Source: Candidatus Tectimicrobiota bacterium (GTDB lineage: Bacteria > JACPUC01). From it: DNA of 64,000 bases. Positions 49,365 through 59,707 of the stretch are shown here, piece by piece (the stretch's first letter is position 1; each line of letters starts with the position of its first letter). The stretch covers positions 62,001 through 126,000 of the forward strand of contig JACPUC010000029.1 of NCBI GenBank assembly GCA_016192455.1, read 5' to 3'. The notes under the pieces are model-generated. The model did no database searches, was not told where the DNA came from, and saw only the letters and a list, made by a program, of their open reading frames with translations. The position numbers and the translations under genes are program-made.

Positions 49365-51782
49365 TCAGGCCCGTGCCGCCTGCATCCAGCCCCAGAGGCG
49401 GGCGGGGTGGATCGGCACCTCGAGCACGTCCACCTTCATGCGCGCCAGGGCGTCCTCGACGGCGTTGGCGATCACCGGCGGGGCGCTGATGGTGCTCCCC
49501 TCGCCGCAGCCCTTGCTGCCCAGCACGGTGATGGGGGAGGGACAGACCTGGTGCTCGATCACGATCGGCGGCAGGTCCATGCTGCCGGGGCAGAGGTAGT
49601 CGGCGAAGGTGGCCGCCACCATCTGGCCGTCCTCGTCGTAGGCCATCTCCTCGTAGAGCGCCCCGCCGATGCCGTTGACGATGGAGCCGCGCATCTGCCC
49701 CTCGATGATCAGGGGGTTCAGGATGGTGCCGGCGTCGTGCACCGAGTAGAACTTCCGCAGCTCCACCTGCCCCGTCTGGGGGTCCACCTCGACGACGGCC
49801 AGCTCGGCGATGAAGCCATAAGTGCTGCAGGAGTTCACGCGGTCGTGCTCGTCGGCCTTCGTGGCGACGTTGATGTTGTACATGTGCGTCGCCTGGATGC
49901 CCATCTCCATGCCCTCGGGGAGGACCTGCGGGCTCCAGTGCGCCACGCCGGCCACGTGCGCGAAGTCGATCGCCGGCCCGCCGCTGCCGCCGACGCGGAA
50001 GACGCCGTCCCGCAGCTCCACGTCCGCAACGTTCGCCTCCAGGAGGTGAGCGGCGATGCTCGTCATCTTCTCGCGCACCTTGCGGGCGGCGAGGGCGAAG
50101 GCGCAGGCGCCGGTGGAGGCGAAGCGGCTGGCGAAGGTGCCGGTGGTGACGCTCCAGGGATGCGTGAAGGTGTCGAGGTTCGAGGTGACGGTGATCTCCT
50201 CGGGGGGGATGGTCAGCTCGCTGGCGACGATCTGCGCCACGATGGTCTCATGGCCCTGCCCCTGCGGTCCGGTGTTGAGGATGGCCGTGATCCTGCCGAG
50301 CGGATCAACCTTCACGGAGCCGGTGGCGCCGGTGCCGGTCTTGGCCAAATAGGTCGACTTGGCGCGCTCCTCGGGGGTGCGCACCAGGCTGCCCCAGGCG
50401 AGGTTCGTGGTGGTGGGGTCGGTGACCGTGGCCAGGCCGATGCCGAGGTAGCGGCCCTGGCGGCGCGCCTCGTCTTGCTCGGCGCGCAGGTCGTCGTACT
50501 TGGCGATGTCGAGCAGGCGCTGCAGTCCCGCCGGGTAGTCGCCGCTGTCGTAGTAGCCGCCCGACGGCGTGGTGTAAGGAAACTGGGAGGGCTGCAGGAA
50601 GTTGCGGCGGCGCAGTTCGGCGGGATCGATGCCGAGCTGGCGGGCGATGTGATCCATCAGGCGCTCGAGGCTGAAGTACCATTGCTGGGCTCCCCAGCCG
50701 CGATTGGGCCCGGTGGGCATCTTGTTCGTGGTCACGGCGCGGCAGCGGAGGGCGACGTGCTCGATGCGGTAGGAGCCGGTCCAGCAGGCGGCGGTGCGGA
50801 ACATGCACCCCGGCTCGGGGGCGCGCAGGAAGGCGCCGACGTTGTCGAGGAAGTTGATGCGCAGGGCGAGCACGGCGCCGTCGTTCATCACCGCGGCATC
50901 GAGGTAGGTGAGGCGGTCGGTATGGCAGGAGCTGGCCATGAGGTGCTCGCGGCGGTCCTCGATCCAGTTCACGGGGACGCCGGTCTTGCGCGCCGCCAGG
51001 GCGGTGAGCGTCATGTAGGCGTAGATCGGCGCGTTGATGCCGAAGCCGCCGCCGATATCGGCCGGCGTGATGACGCGCAGCTTGTTCTCCGGCACGCCGA
51101 GGGCGCGGCACATGACGCCATGGAGCAGGAAGGGGCCGGGAAAGTTGGCGCGCACCGTGTAGACGGTGGTGAAGGGGTCATACTCCGCCGTCACCGCGTA
51201 GGTCTCCATGGGGATGGAGCTGTAGCGCGGGAAGCGGAAGCGGGCCGAGACGACGTGGTCGGCGCGGGCGAAGGCGGCCTCGGGATCGCCGAAGGTCATG
51301 CTGCGTTCAAGGACGACGTTGTTCGGCACCCGCTCGTGGAGCTGCGGCGCGCCGGGCGCGACGGCGGCCTCGGGGTCGGTGACGTGCGGCAGCGGCTCGT
51401 ACTCCACCTCGACCAACTCGGCGGCGTCCTCCGCAACGTAGCGGTCGCGCGCCACCACCATGGCGACGGGCTGGCCGACGAAGCGAACCTTGTCCACGGC
51501 GCAGGAGTAGTACTTCTGGGGCGTCTGCACGCCGATCGGAAAGGGTTTGGACATGGCGGCCACATCGGCGCCGGTGAGCACCCCGACGACGCCGGGATGG
51601 GCCTCGGCCTTGGCGGTGTCGAGGCGCGCGATCCTGGCGTGCGGGTGCGGCGAACGCACGATGGCGGCGTGCTGCTGGCGCGGCACGACGATGTCATGCA
51701 TGAACTGCGCGCGCCCGGACAGCAGCCGGCTGTCCTCGAAGCGTTTTACCGGTTTGCCGATCCACCCTGCCGCAACTTGCAT
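49365..51782 (-). CDS. xanthine dehydrogenase family molybdopterin-binding (large) subunit
   Basis: IGKPVKRFED, RSPHPHARI, DIGGGFG, GQGHET and KGCGE motifs. Confidence 0.93.
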   Translation of the reverse strand: MQVAAGWIGKPVKRFEDSRLLSGRAQFMHDIVVPRQQHAAIVRSPHPHARIARLDTAKAEAHPGVVGVLTGADVAAMSKPFPIGVQTPQKYYSCAVDKVRFVGQPVAMVVARDRYVAEDAAELVEVEYEPLPHVTDPEAAVAPGAPQLHERVPNNVVLERSMTFGDPEAAFARADHVVSARFRFPRYSSIPMETYAVTAEYDPFTTVYTVRANFPGPFLLHGVMCRALGVPENKLRVITPADIGGGFGINAPIYAYMTLTALAARKTGVPVNWIEDRREHLMASSCHTDRLTYLDAAVMNDGAVLALRINFLDNVGAFLRAPEPGCMFRTAACWTGSYRIEHVALRCRAVTTNKMPTGPNRGWGAQQWYFSLERLMDHIARQLGIDPAELRRRNFLQPSQFPYTTPSGGYYDSGDYPAGLQRLLDIAKYDDLRAEQDEARRQGRYLGIGLATVTDPTTTNLAWGSLVRTPEERAKSTYLAKTGTGATGSVKVDPLGRITAILNTGPQGQGHETIVAQIVASELTIPPEEITVTSNLDTFTHPWSVTTGTFASRFASTGACAFALAARKVREKMTSIAAHLLEANVADVELRDGVFRVGGSGGPAIDFAHVAGVAHWSPQVLPEGMEMGIQATHMYNINVATKADEHDRVNSCSTYGFIAELAVVEVDPQTGQVELRKFYSVHDAGTILNPLIIEGQMRGSIVNGIGGALYEEMAYDEDGQMVAATFADYLCPGSMDLPPIVIEHQVCPSPITVLGSKGCGEGSTISAPPVIANAVEDALARMKVDVLEVPIHPARLWGWMQAARA

Positions 51783-52092
51783 CGTCCGTCTCCTTCCCTT
51801 CTCTGAGGCGCCCAGAACACGAGCGCCTCCTTGGCGCCGAGGTCTTCAATCACGCACCGACATTGGCGGAATCACGCGCGGCGAGGCGCCCGCGGGCGCT
51901 CCGAAGCACACCCCAGGGGTGCGGCGCGCGCCGGGGGACGAGCGAGCCAGGCAGAGCCCTTCGCGCACCTTGGATGGCGCCGCCACGTTCCGCCGCGGCC
52001 CAAGGCGCCGCAACGCACCCCACGCCCCTTGGCGCCGGGCCGCCGGCGCCGGCTCGGGCACCTCGAGGCCCCGGCGGCCGACCCTCCCTGGG

Positions 52093-53097
52093 CTAGCGGA
52101 TGTAGCGCATGTCGACCGCTACATCCATCGAGATCTTCTTCTTCACGAGCCCCTGCTCGAAGTAGAACTCCTGCGCCAGAACCAGCGACTCCTTGTCCAC
52201 CCGTCCGTCAGGCGCGAAGTAGGGCGGGATGGCCTTGGCGATGATCGGCGGCGGCACCTTCGTCCACTTCTGCAGCATGGGGTCGATCTCCGGCGAGGTC
52301 CAGCCGTGCTTCTGGAGGAAGTTGATGCCCTTCACGTAGGCGTCCACCCAGCGCTGCGCCGCGTCGTTGCGCTCCTTCATGAACTTGCCGGAGAACATGA
52401 TGACGGCGATCTGGAAGACGGGGCGGTCCAGCCAGTACTCGGCGGTGGCGAGGAGCACCGCATCGCCGTCGATGACCGAACGCGTGCCCCATGGCTCGAC
52501 AGTCGAGAGGACGTCGAGCGCCTTGTTCTTCAGGGCCTGGTACTGCTTCGGCGGCTCCAGGTAGCGCTGGGTGAGCTCGGTGAAGTTCAGTCCCGCCTTC
52601 TTGGCCATGCGGTAGAGGTTGTACTCGCTGGCCGAGCCTTTCGCGACTTGGCCGATGATCAATCCCTTGATGTCCGCGACGCTGCGCACTTTTCCCGAGT
52701 CGTAGAGGTCCTTGCGCACCACCAGGGGTAAAAAGGCGAACCCCTTCTTGGCCTGGCCCTTGTCGGCGACGATGCGGAAGTTCTGTCCCGAGGCGATGGC
52801 GTTGTACAGCCCGGCGCTTGGGGAGCCCGAGGCCACCTCCAACTCGCCGGTGGCGAGCGGCGCCATCTGCTTGCCGGCGTCGGCGAAGCGGCTGAGCTTC
52901 AGCGTCAGGTTCTGCTCGGCGAAGAAGCCCTTCTCCTGGGCGACGAACAAGGGCGCGAAAGAGAGTAACGGCATGTAGCCGGTATGCACCTCGTCGGCCG
53001 CCCCAGCGGGGATCGCGGCGAGAGGCGCGCCGCAGAGCGTCGCGGCGAGGAGCCCCACGAGCGCCAGCTTGGTCTTGTGATACAACGAAGTTCTCAT
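52093..53097 (-). CDS. ABC substrate-binding protein, SsuA/NMT1-like
   Basis: Signal peptide; APLFVAQEKGFF, LATGELEV and SVADIKG motifs. Confidence 0.88.
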   Translation of the reverse strand: MRTSLYHKTKLALVGLLAATLCGAPLAAIPAGAADEVHTGYMPLLSFAPLFVAQEKGFFAEQNLTLKLSRFADAGKQMAPLATGELEVASGSPSAGLYNAIASGQNFRIVADKGQAKKGFAFLPLVVRKDLYDSGKVRSVADIKGLIIGQVAKGSASEYNLYRMAKKAGLNFTELTQRYLEPPKQYQALKNKALDVLSTVEPWGTRSVIDGDAVLLATAEYWLDRPVFQIAVIMFSGKFMKERNDAAQRWVDAYVKGINFLQKHGWTSPEIDPMLQKWTKVPPPIIAKAIPPYFAPDGRVDKESLVLAQEFYFEQGLVKKKISMDVAVDMRYIR

Positions 53098-53400
53098 ACG
53101 GTATTCCCCCTTCAACACCCAGCAGGAAGGAGCCACCGCTGGCCCGGCGCATCTCCGCCCAAGGCGTTGACCTTCGATGCCGCGACGGCAGCGAGCCAAA
53201 GCCACCAGCCCCCCGCTTGGCCCTTGCGCAGGGAGCCAGCGGATATTCCCGATGGCTTCCCTGTGGCTGCCGCCGGGGTCCAACCGAGCCCTTGGCAAGG
53301 AGAGTTTATCTCTACCAGGGCATGCTACCCCTTGCCCTCTCAAGGTTCAACTCACCCGCGGCTCGCGCCGGACCAAGCCGAACGCTGCTCAGTAGCGTGC

Positions 53401-54651
53401 TCAACCATAGCAGCCATACTGCCGCGTCGCCCGCGCCATCGCCAGGGCGTTCTCGGGCTTCGCCTCATCGGGGATGCCGATGGCGCCGTCGATGATGAGG
53501 CCGCCGCCCTTGCCGGCAACATCGATGAGCTGCTTGCAGTAGGCCGTCACCTCATCCGGCGAGCCGGTGCACAGCAGCGAGGCCGGCACGTTGCCGCGCA
53601 TGCAGACGGTGTCCCCCAGCACCTCCTTGGCGATGGCGAAGTCGGTCTGCTCGAAGCGGTACATCGCCTTGCCCTTGGGGATGTCGCGGATGGTCTCCAG
53701 GCGCGACTCGCAGTGCCCCTCCCAGAAGACGCAGGGCGTCAGCCCCTCGTCGATGAGCGCCAGGATGAGCTGCCGCAGCGACCCCCAGTAGAAGGTCTTG
53801 AAGTGTTCCAGCGACATGAAGCCGTCGATGCCCTTGTGGAGGGGGATGAAGACCACCGGCACGCTGGTGGCCTGCAGCGAGCGTAGGGTGCTCTGAATGG
53901 TGATGCGGGTCACCTTGTCGAGCAGCGCCAGGAGCTTCTCCGGGCGGCGGTAGATATCCACCATGATGCCGCGCGTGCCGCGGAAGAAGTCGCCGATGTA
54001 GTCGAAGGGAGCGATGGCGAAGGCGCCGTACTGGGCGGGGAACCCGAGGGCCTGCATCTCCTGGCCGAAGGCGACGGCCTTGCCCACCAACCGCTGGGAC
54101 TCGACGCCGGCCCGGCGCAAGACCTCGAACGCCTCGCCCACCTCCGGCTCGCCGAAGGGGGTGAGGCCGGCGACGAAGCGCGTGTAGTAGATCATCGGGA
54201 AGTTCGGCAAGCGGCTGAACGGGGCCAGTGTCCCGCAGACGCGCGGCAGGTAGGTGTGGAGCATGTAGTCCGTGGGGTCGAAGAGGAAGTCGTCGTACTC
54301 CTCCGCCTTCATGTACTCCCCCTCGACGAACTGGTAGGTCTTGTCCGGGGCCACCCCATGCCCCGGCCAGCGGATGAGCTTGTAGTCGAGGATTTCCAGC
54401 AGCGGGCCGATGGCGAGGGTGAGGTAGGGGGAGTTGAACATGTCCGGCTCGAGATCGAGGAGGGCCTTCCTATACGCCGCCCCTATCTTGTCGTAGTCGT
54501 ACATCGCCTCCTCGCAGCTCAGGCCGGCGTAGTTCACGGGGAAGAAGGTGAAGGTGGGCAGGAAGGGCACCCGATCGGGTTCCTTCAAGGCGATCACATC
54601 CCAGACCCGCTTCGCCCGCTCCTGATACAGCTCTTCCGGTGACTTGCCCAT
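53401..54651 (-). CDS. uroporphyrinogen decarboxylase-like protein (corrinoid-dependent methyltransferase family)
   Basis: EPDRVP, MKAEEYDDF, RGTRGIMVDIYRRPE, AKEVLGDTVCMRGNVP and GKGGGLI motifs (URO-D/MtaA fold). Confidence 0.8.
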   Translation of the reverse strand: MGKSPEELYQERAKRVWDVIALKEPDRVPFLPTFTFFPVNYAGLSCEEAMYDYDKIGAAYRKALLDLEPDMFNSPYLTLAIGPLLEILDYKLIRWPGHGVAPDKTYQFVEGEYMKAEEYDDFLFDPTDYMLHTYLPRVCGTLAPFSRLPNFPMIYYTRFVAGLTPFGEPEVGEAFEVLRRAGVESQRLVGKAVAFGQEMQALGFPAQYGAFAIAPFDYIGDFFRGTRGIMVDIYRRPEKLLALLDKVTRITIQSTLRSLQATSVPVVFIPLHKGIDGFMSLEHFKTFYWGSLRQLILALIDEGLTPCVFWEGHCESRLETIRDIPKGKAMYRFEQTDFAIAKEVLGDTVCMRGNVPASLLCTGSPDEVTAYCKQLIDVAGKGGGLIIDGAIGIPDEAKPENALAMARATRQYGCYG

Positions 54652-54772
54652 GACGACGGAGCCTCCTCCCGTGCCCTCTTCCCTTATCCCGTGCTTGATT
54701 CACAACCCGCGCCTTCGCTTCCAGAGAGTGCGGACGATCCGCCCCGGGGCGCAGCGCGGGAGCATCGAGCCT

Positions 54773-56176
54773 TTAACCCTTATCGATATACTTGACGCGT
54801 TCGAGGCCGCTCTTGCGCTCATCGGTCCAGCGGCGCGCCTTGAATTCGAACCGCTCCACAGTTCCGAATGGGACCTCGTCCAGCAGCATCGAAACCTGCG
54901 TTTTCGCCTTAAGTGTGTGCGAAATCTCATCGAGGATTGCCGCACGCTGCTGCGCGGAAGCTCGGCCCGCCTTGAACTCCACGTTCACGCGAACCTGTTC
55001 GCGGCCCGCCTCATCCAGGTAAATCCGTCCATTGTATTCGTCCACTTCCGGATGGAGGAACATCACCTCGTCCACCGCCTGGGGCCAGACGTTCGTCATC
55101 TTCATCTTGATCATGTCGTCATATCGGGCAACGGTTCCAGCTTCCCAGATCATCGTCGTTCGCCCGCAGGGGCAGCTCTCGGGCGGCAGCAGCCGCACCT
55201 TGTCGGACATGCGAAAGCGAACCAACGGCACCGCCTGGCGTTCCAGGGTGGTGATGATCGGTTCACCTTCGTCTCCGTAAGCCACGGGCTCCATCGTCTG
55301 CGGATTCACGATCTCAACGAGGACGTTATGATCCATGACGTGCAACGAGCCGCGATTGCCATCGGCCAGCGCACCACGCTCGCAGGTGTAGCCGATGATC
55401 GTGCCCGCCTGCGTGCACCCATACACCTCGTGGATAGGGAGACCACCCCAGAGCTGCTGCATGCGCTCGATCCAGGTGAGTGGGTAGGACTCATTGGCGA
55501 TGGTGATGACTTTCAAACGCGGAAAATCACCCGGCACCGCCATGCCCAGCTCCCCACACAGGAGGCTGAGGCGGGTCAGGTAGGCAGGCGAGGCCAGCAA
55601 GTGGTGAGCCTGGAAGCGTTGCGCCAGCCGCAACTTCGTGCTGGCATCGAACATCCCGAGCAGCATTGAGTTGGCTCCGTGATCCATGTAGCCCCAGGCT
55701 GCGCTGAGACCCGCGGCGCCAGTGCCGATGGGATAGAGATGGATGCAGACGTCGCCAGGCTCAATGCCCGCCGCGGTGTAATGATAGCGCCACATCTCGG
55801 CGGCGTAGCGGAGATCGTCGGCCGTCATGGCGTAGACCTCCTGGCCCATTCCCGTTGACCCACTGGTGAGATGAATCTGGCGGAGTTCCCTCTCGTTCAC
55901 GCACAGGCGCTGTCCGTAAGGAGGCGCGGCGAGTTGGTCGTCAAGCAGGATTTGTTTATCCATGAGGGGGAGGCGCCGTAGGTCATCGAGCGAGCGAATG
56001 CTTTCTGGGCTTACCCCGGCCTCATCGAAGCGGCGTCGATAGAAGCTGCTCGTGGCATAGACGCGGCGGAGGAGGCCTTGAAGCTTCCGAAGTTGCAGCC
56101 GGCGGCGCGCCTCGGGCCGCTGCGTTTCTACCTCGCGGTGATAGAGACGTGTACCTGCCATCGCTTCCATGCCCAT
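54773..56176 (-). CDS. phenylacetate-CoA ligase (PaaK) family protein
   Basis: SLDDLRRLP, LTSGSTG, EVYGCTQ and PLVRFRMSD motifs; start uncertain (56161-56242). Confidence 0.85.
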   Translation of the reverse strand: MGMEAMAGTRLYHREVETQRPEARRRLQLRKLQGLLRRVYATSSFYRRRFDEAGVSPESIRSLDDLRRLPLMDKQILLDDQLAAPPYGQRLCVNERELRQIHLTSGSTGMGQEVYAMTADDLRYAAEMWRYHYTAAGIEPGDVCIHLYPIGTGAAGLSAAWGYMDHGANSMLLGMFDASTKLRLAQRFQAHHLLASPAYLTRLSLLCGELGMAVPGDFPRLKVITIANESYPLTWIERMQQLWGGLPIHEVYGCTQAGTIIGYTCERGALADGNRGSLHVMDHNVLVEIVNPQTMEPVAYGDEGEPIITTLERQAVPLVRFRMSDKVRLLPPESCPCGRTTMIWEAGTVARYDDMIKMKMTNVWPQAVDEVMFLHPEVDEYNGRIYLDEAGREQVRVNVEFKAGRASAQQRAAILDEISHTLKAKTQVSMLLDEVPFGTVERFEFKARRWTDERKSGLERVKYIDKG

Positions 56177-56255
56177 GCGTGTTCCCCTGAGCCGCCGGGA
56201 CCGTTGCCGCCCCGAATCAGCCCGAAGGCGCCCCCGCGCCACCTCTTGAGAAGAG

Positions 56256-58556
56256 TTACCTTTCGCCCCTGAACGTTGCAGCTCGTTTCTGGGCCAGGGC
56301 CCTCAGCACACGCTCTGGGGTAAGGGGAAGCGTTTTGAGGCGTACGCCGAGTGCATCGTAGACTGCATTGGCTATGGCTGGGGCAATCGCTAGGATTCCC
56401 AGCTCGCCCATTCCTTTGGCGCCGAACGGACCGTTCGGGTCCGGGCTTTCGATGATCACCGCCTCGATGTCGAAAGCCTCCGTGGCGCCCGGCAGTTTGT
56501 AGTCAAGAAGGTTCGAGTTCAGAACGGCACCCTGACGGGTAATCATTTCCTCGTAAAGAGCGAACCCGACCCCTTGCGCTACGCCTCCTTCTACCTGTGC
56601 GACAATGTTGCGGGGATTGATGGCGCGACCGACATCGTGCACTGAGCACACCTTGAGCACGTGAATCAGGCCGCTTTCCGGATCGATCTCGATCTCGACA
56701 GCCTGCCCGAGGTAGACCGGCGTCTTGTACGCCCTCGGTCGCCCGCTCGAGCGGTATTTGGGATCGAGTACGGTCGAAAAAAGGCCGCGCCCGGTGATCG
56801 GTGCCCCGTGTATGTAGTAGCTTTCCCGGGCAAGGGCAGGGATGGAGATTGTTTTGGCGGGGAAAGCGCGGGCAAACACCACACCGTCTCGGGCGACGAG
56901 GTCAGCAGGACTAACCTCGAGGCGCTCGGCGGCGAGTTGGAAGAGTTGCTCCCGAGCCTCTGCAGCGGCGAGCTTCGCGGCATTTCCCGCCAGGTGCGTG
57001 ATACGGCTTGCATTGGCGCCGCAGTAATCGAAGGGCGTAACTTCGGTATCGGCGGCTTCAACGCTCACCCCCTCGTAGAACAGGCCGAGTTCCTCAGCCA
57101 CGATCTGACAGAGGGCCGACATCGATCCCGTACCGACTTCCGGCGTGCCGATCAACAGCGTGGCGCTGCCATCTTCGTTGACGTTGACCACCGCGTTGCA
57201 GTAATCGGGATACCCATAGCCGCCCCCGGTGTACGCGACGCAGGCCAGGCCGCGGCCGCGCGCACGTCCATTCGACGCCAGCGTTGATTCGTACCGCTGA
57301 TTCCGCTCTCCAACCGCCTTCAACACCTCGCCAATGATGGGCGCGCTCACCCGCTCCCCGGTGGGGTTGGTATCCCCGTCTTGCAGGGAATTGCGCAGGC
57401 GGAATTCCAGGGGGTCAAGGCCGATCTCCGCCGCCACGATATCGAGCATCGACTCACGGGCGAAGCTGGACTGCACGGCCCCGAAGCCACGAAACGCGCC
57501 CGCCACCACGTTGTTCGTATAGACGATGCTGCCTTCGATGAGGACGTGCGGAATGCGGTACGGACCTCCAGCCGTCTCGGTGGCGATGATGAGCACCAAG
57601 CCACCAATCTCACTGTACGCTCCGGTGTCGAGGAGGATGGTTGCCTGGAAGGCGGTGAGCCGGCCGTCGCGGGTGACGCCGATCTTGCAGCGAACCGAGG
57701 AGGGATGGCGCACGGTCGAACAGGTGAACTCCTCGGAACGATCAAACACCAGTTGGACCGGTCGCCCGGTGCGCATACTAAGCAGCGCGGCAGCCGGCTC
57801 GCACAGCAGCTCACGTTTGCCACCGAACGCGCCGCCGACGTGCGGGGCGATGATGCGCACCTTGTTCACCGGCAAGCCGAGAACCGCGGCCAGGGTGGGA
57901 CGGTTGAAGAACGGATGCTGGGTGCTGGCCCACACGCTCACCTTCCCGTCGGGGCTTGCGCAGGCCACCGCCCCTTGGGTCTCGAGAGGACATTGTTCCA
58001 CCATCGGGGTCTGGAACGTGTCCTCGATCACAAGGTCGGCAGCAGCGAATCCTTCGGCAACGTCTCCCTTGATGTACCGTTCACTGCGGCACACATTGCT
58101 CTCCCCGTGCAACGTGGGGGCCGCGGGCGCCAGAGCCTCGTGCACGTCGAACACCGCGGGCAATGGTTCGTACTCGACGCGAACGAGTTCAAGGGCCTCG
58201 TCGGCGGCATCCTCATCTTCCGCGGCTACCACCGCAACGGGCTCACCCACGAACCGCACGCGGTCGCGCGCGATGACGTAGCGATCTTTCTTCACCGGCC
58301 CGATGCGCACATCGGGGATATCCTGCCCGGTCAAGATGGCGCGCACTCCCGGCACCCGAGACGCACGCCGCACGTCGATGGCGACAACTCGCGCATGCGG
58401 GACTGGGCTGAGGAGCTGCGCCCCGCGCAGCATCCGAGGCAGGTGGATATCACCGGCGAACCGAGCCCGGCCGGTGGCCTTCTCAACTCCGTCCACGCGG
58501 GGGAGCGACCGTCCAATCACTGCGTAGTGTGTGGCATCCGGTTGGCTGCTATTCAT
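56256..58556 (-). CDS. xanthine dehydrogenase family molybdopterin-binding (large) subunit
   Basis: RVDGVEKATG, VGGAFGGK, GAFRGFG, AQVEGG and GPFGAKGMGE motifs. Confidence 0.93.
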   Translation of the reverse strand: MNSSQPDATHYAVIGRSLPRVDGVEKATGRARFAGDIHLPRMLRGAQLLSPVPHARVVAIDVRRASRVPGVRAILTGQDIPDVRIGPVKKDRYVIARDRVRFVGEPVAVVAAEDEDAADEALELVRVEYEPLPAVFDVHEALAPAAPTLHGESNVCRSERYIKGDVAEGFAAADLVIEDTFQTPMVEQCPLETQGAVACASPDGKVSVWASTQHPFFNRPTLAAVLGLPVNKVRIIAPHVGGAFGGKRELLCEPAAALLSMRTGRPVQLVFDRSEEFTCSTVRHPSSVRCKIGVTRDGRLTAFQATILLDTGAYSEIGGLVLIIATETAGGPYRIPHVLIEGSIVYTNNVVAGAFRGFGAVQSSFARESMLDIVAAEIGLDPLEFRLRNSLQDGDTNPTGERVSAPIIGEVLKAVGERNQRYESTLASNGRARGRGLACVAYTGGGYGYPDYCNAVVNVNEDGSATLLIGTPEVGTGSMSALCQIVAEELGLFYEGVSVEAADTEVTPFDYCGANASRITHLAGNAAKLAAAEAREQLFQLAAERLEVSPADLVARDGVVFARAFPAKTISIPALARESYYIHGAPITGRGLFSTVLDPKYRSSGRPRAYKTPVYLGQAVEIEIDPESGLIHVLKVCSVHDVGRAINPRNIVAQVEGGVAQGVGFALYEEMITRQGAVLNSNLLDYKLPGATEAFDIEAVIIESPDPNGPFGAKGMGELGILAIAPAIANAVYDALGVRLKTLPLTPERVLRALAQKRAATFRGER

Positions 58557-58627
58557 GGATGCACTCTTGATCGAGCTGGAGTGGACTACGATCCCCATTC
58601 ATCCAACACCACACGGGGCGTGCCTCT

Positions 58628-59272
58628 CTACGCCAGAGTTTTGTGGCCTTCGGTCCAACCTTTCGAGAGCTCGACGGCCACCATGGCATCAGCCCCATAC
58701 GCGTCGGCCCCGGAGTACTGCCTGATCCGTTCGTCAATCGGGGCGCCGCCGATCATGATCTTCAGGCTGTCGCGCAGGCCGGCCTCGGTGATGGCCTGGA
58801 TGGTCCTCTTCATCGGCTCGAAGGCCACCGTCAAGAGCGCGCTGAGGCCGAGGATCTCGGGCTGCACGGCCTTGATGGCGTCGATGAACTTCTGCGGCGG
58901 CACGTCCACGCCGAGGTCGTGGACCTCGAAGCCGTGCACGTCGAGCAGCATGGTGACGATGTTCTTGCCGATGTCGTGGATGTCTCCCTGCACCGTCCCA
59001 ATCACCACCCTCCCCCGGCGCCGCACCTCCAGCCCTTTGGTCATGCGGGGCTTGGCCATCTGGGAAATCTCTTGCAACATCTCGCCCGCCAGCATCAGCT
59101 CGGGCAGGTAGTAGGTGCACTCCTCGAAGCGCTGGCCGACGATGGTCATGGCTTCTCGGCACGACTCCAGCACCTTCAGCGGGTCCACGCCCCCCTCGAG
59201 CAGCTCGCGCGCCAGGGACAAGGCCCGTTCCTCTTTCATGCCCGCGATGGAATCAATGAGCTCCGAAAGCAT
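58628..59272 (-). CDS. corrinoid (cobalamin-binding) protein, MtbC/MtaC-like
   Basis: Cap domain followed by GTVQGDIHDIGKNIV, DLGVDVP, GLSALLT and IGGAP motifs. Confidence 0.93.
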   Translation of the reverse strand: MLSELIDSIAGMKEERALSLARELLEGGVDPLKVLESCREAMTIVGQRFEECTYYLPELMLAGEMLQEISQMAKPRMTKGLEVRRRGRVVIGTVQGDIHDIGKNIVTMLLDVHGFEVHDLGVDVPPQKFIDAIKAVQPEILGLSALLTVAFEPMKRTIQAITEAGLRDSLKIMIGGAPIDERIRQYSGADAYGADAMVAVELSKGWTEGHKTLA

Positions 59273-59707
59273 GTCTCCTCTCCCCGGCGATCGCGTCGCG
59301 CCAACGATGCTCCCTGGCGGCGGCCCGCCCCCGATTCTGTGATTATCACGATGTTTGAGCTTACGTCAAGACGAGGGCGCGAACAGAGGTGCCCGCCGGC
59401 GCAAGGCCAGACCTCCAAAGATGCGCCCGGTGGCGCCGGCGCGGTGCCTCGGAGGAACGCCGGAGGGCACGCGCGAGGGCGCCCGCGAGGCGCGGTGCGA
59501 ACGGCGATCGAGCGTGGGTGGCCACCCCGCGGCTGAGGTGGCCGGGCCGGTGCGCGCGCGGCGAGGGAACGTCACCCCCCCCGCCCGCGGCGGCGCGCCT
59601 CCTGCCTGGAGCCGGCCACGAGGTGTGCATCGACAGGCAGCGCAGGCTCGGGCGGCATGGCGCCCGAGGCCGCGGCAGCGCCTGGGATGAGCAGGGGCGC
59701 GGCGGCG

